Shown piece by piece: positions 62,534 through 64,000 of a DNA stretch of 64,000 bases. The notes below the pieces were generated by a model that searched no databases, was not told where the DNA came from, and was given only the letters and a program-made list of their open reading frames with translations. The position numbers and the translations under genes were made by a program. Every line of letters begins with the position of its first letter. Within the stretch, counting starts at the first letter, position 1. Origin of the DNA: Octopus vulgaris. Taxonomy: Eukaryota. Location of the stretch: NCBI GenBank assembly GCA_951406725.2, contig OX597839.1:34782001-34846000 (forward strand). The letters are read 5' to 3'.

Positions 62534-63003
62534 TTATCCCCCCCACCATCGCTTGACAACCGATGTTGGTGTCTTTATTGGTTGTGTGAAGAATAGTCGA
62601 CCGTCTTGTGCTGCTTCGCAGCAGTTTTCTGGTTGTGCTGTCTCTCCGCCTTGAGAAGGGTCAGCAATGTCACCAGTAAGAAACATGTTCTATTGGGACC
62701 TTAGTGGGTCCGAATTGTCCTCTTCGGATGAGGAGCTCGTACGAGCAGTTGATAGAATGGACAAGAGCTCAAAGAAGGAAAGTTCTGCGGGAGGGACAGA
62801 AGTCACAAAAATGGAAGTGGACATGACAAAATGGAGAAATAGGAGAAAATAACATGTAGGATAGGTGGCGATGTTGTCAGCACCCCAGAAAGTATTGGAA
62901 GAGAGGGACAAGAAAACAGGGATCTTTTCACTTTGACAACGCTCTGGAGAGATTGTATTCACCTCAATAGATGTCAACAAATATCTTACAAACTATACAA
63001 TTT

Positions 63004-63796
63004 GGATCTTTTCAGTTTGAACGGCAGATGTCAACACAATTTCCACGTAACTAAACACTTTTAAACTTCGTATACTGGTAGAATGTGTTTATAAAACATC
63101 ATTTTTTTCTTGGCTTTATTGAGAAAATTCTATAGTTTGTAAGATAGCATTTCGGCAATTTTAACCAATCGCTGGAGTCCATTTAGGTAAACAACATTCT
63201 GTGCATAATGAATATGTCCCTCCTTTAAGAAACAGATTGGGTTTATTTACATTTACGAAGAAAAAAAGATACCCTTTCCCCACCCCTAGCCCTAACCCTA
63301 ATCCTAAAATAGATTGAAATTCAATAGATCGATACTAGGGTTATAATTATGGGTGACAATTTCATACGACACCGTTACGGAAAATGGGATTTTTTTCTAG
63401 CGGTGTCAAATGAAAATGTCATCCATAATTATAACCCTAGTATCGATCTATTGCATTTCAATCTGTTTCAGGGTTAGGGTTAGTTAGAGTTAGGGGTGGG
63501 GGAAGGGTATCTCTTTTTTTACTTTGCAAATGTAAATAAACCCAATCTGTTTCTTAAAAGAGGGACATATTCATACGGCACAGAATGTTTTCACCCCAAA
63601 TGGACTCCAGCGATTGGTTAAAATTGCCGAAATGCTCGATTTTAAAGTGGAAATATCTTACAAACTATAGAATTTTCTCAATAAAGCCAAGAAAAAATTA
63701 TATTTTATAAACACATTCTACCAGTATACGAAGTTTAAAAGTGTTTAGTTAACTAGAAATTATGTTAAAAAACTGCCGTTCAAACCGAAAAGATCC
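63004..63796. mobile_element. Fold-back element / long-TIR MITE (~790 bp)
   Basis: Ends GGATCTTTTCAGTTTGAACGGCAG / CTGCCGTTCAAACCGAAAAGATCC. The arms pair over nearly the whole length. Confidence 0.9.
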
Positions 63797-64000
63797 CCTA
63801 TCGCTGATGTCAGCTGATAAAATATATATACTTATATATTATTACAAATGTATAATTACACACACACACGCACACACACGCATACACACACGCACACACA
63901 TGCACACACACACGCACGCACACACAAACACACACACACACACGCACGCACACACACGCATGCACATACACACACACACGTAGCTACACTGAACTATGAA

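Noticed and set aside
63284-63502. Interstitial telomere or chromosome fusion site
   Set aside because: Only a few imperfect hexamers, embedded in the arms of a fold-back transposon.

Overview
AT-rich, microsatellite-dense eukaryotic genomic DNA. The repeat complement looks like an octopod cephalopod (Octopus-like; this is inference). One protein-coding gene can be rebuilt by hand on the minus strand: 19 GT-AG exons from 53236 to 11445, all phases consistent, 2364 nt, 787 aa. It encodes an unusual fusion of a pseudo-Nudix domain, an NCS-1/calcineurin-B-like EF-hand module with degenerate Ca2+ loops, and an apparently intact PPP Ser/Thr phosphatase domain. The rest is repeats: several tRNA-derived SINE families, RTE and CR1-like LINE fragments, a dead mariner, hAT, piggyBac-type and fold-back MITEs, a small Helitron, and minisatellites. 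The second main result is about ten minimal type I hammerhead ribozyme motifs from several unrelated Penelope-like fragments. Most sit in (TA)n tracts, often as head-to-head palindromes. They include G3-C8 swapped and U4C core variants and one tRNA-headed SINE that carries a hammerhead. An inverted copy of the gene's own 3' UTR also lies in intron 14. All calls are by eye; no database searches or folding programs were run.
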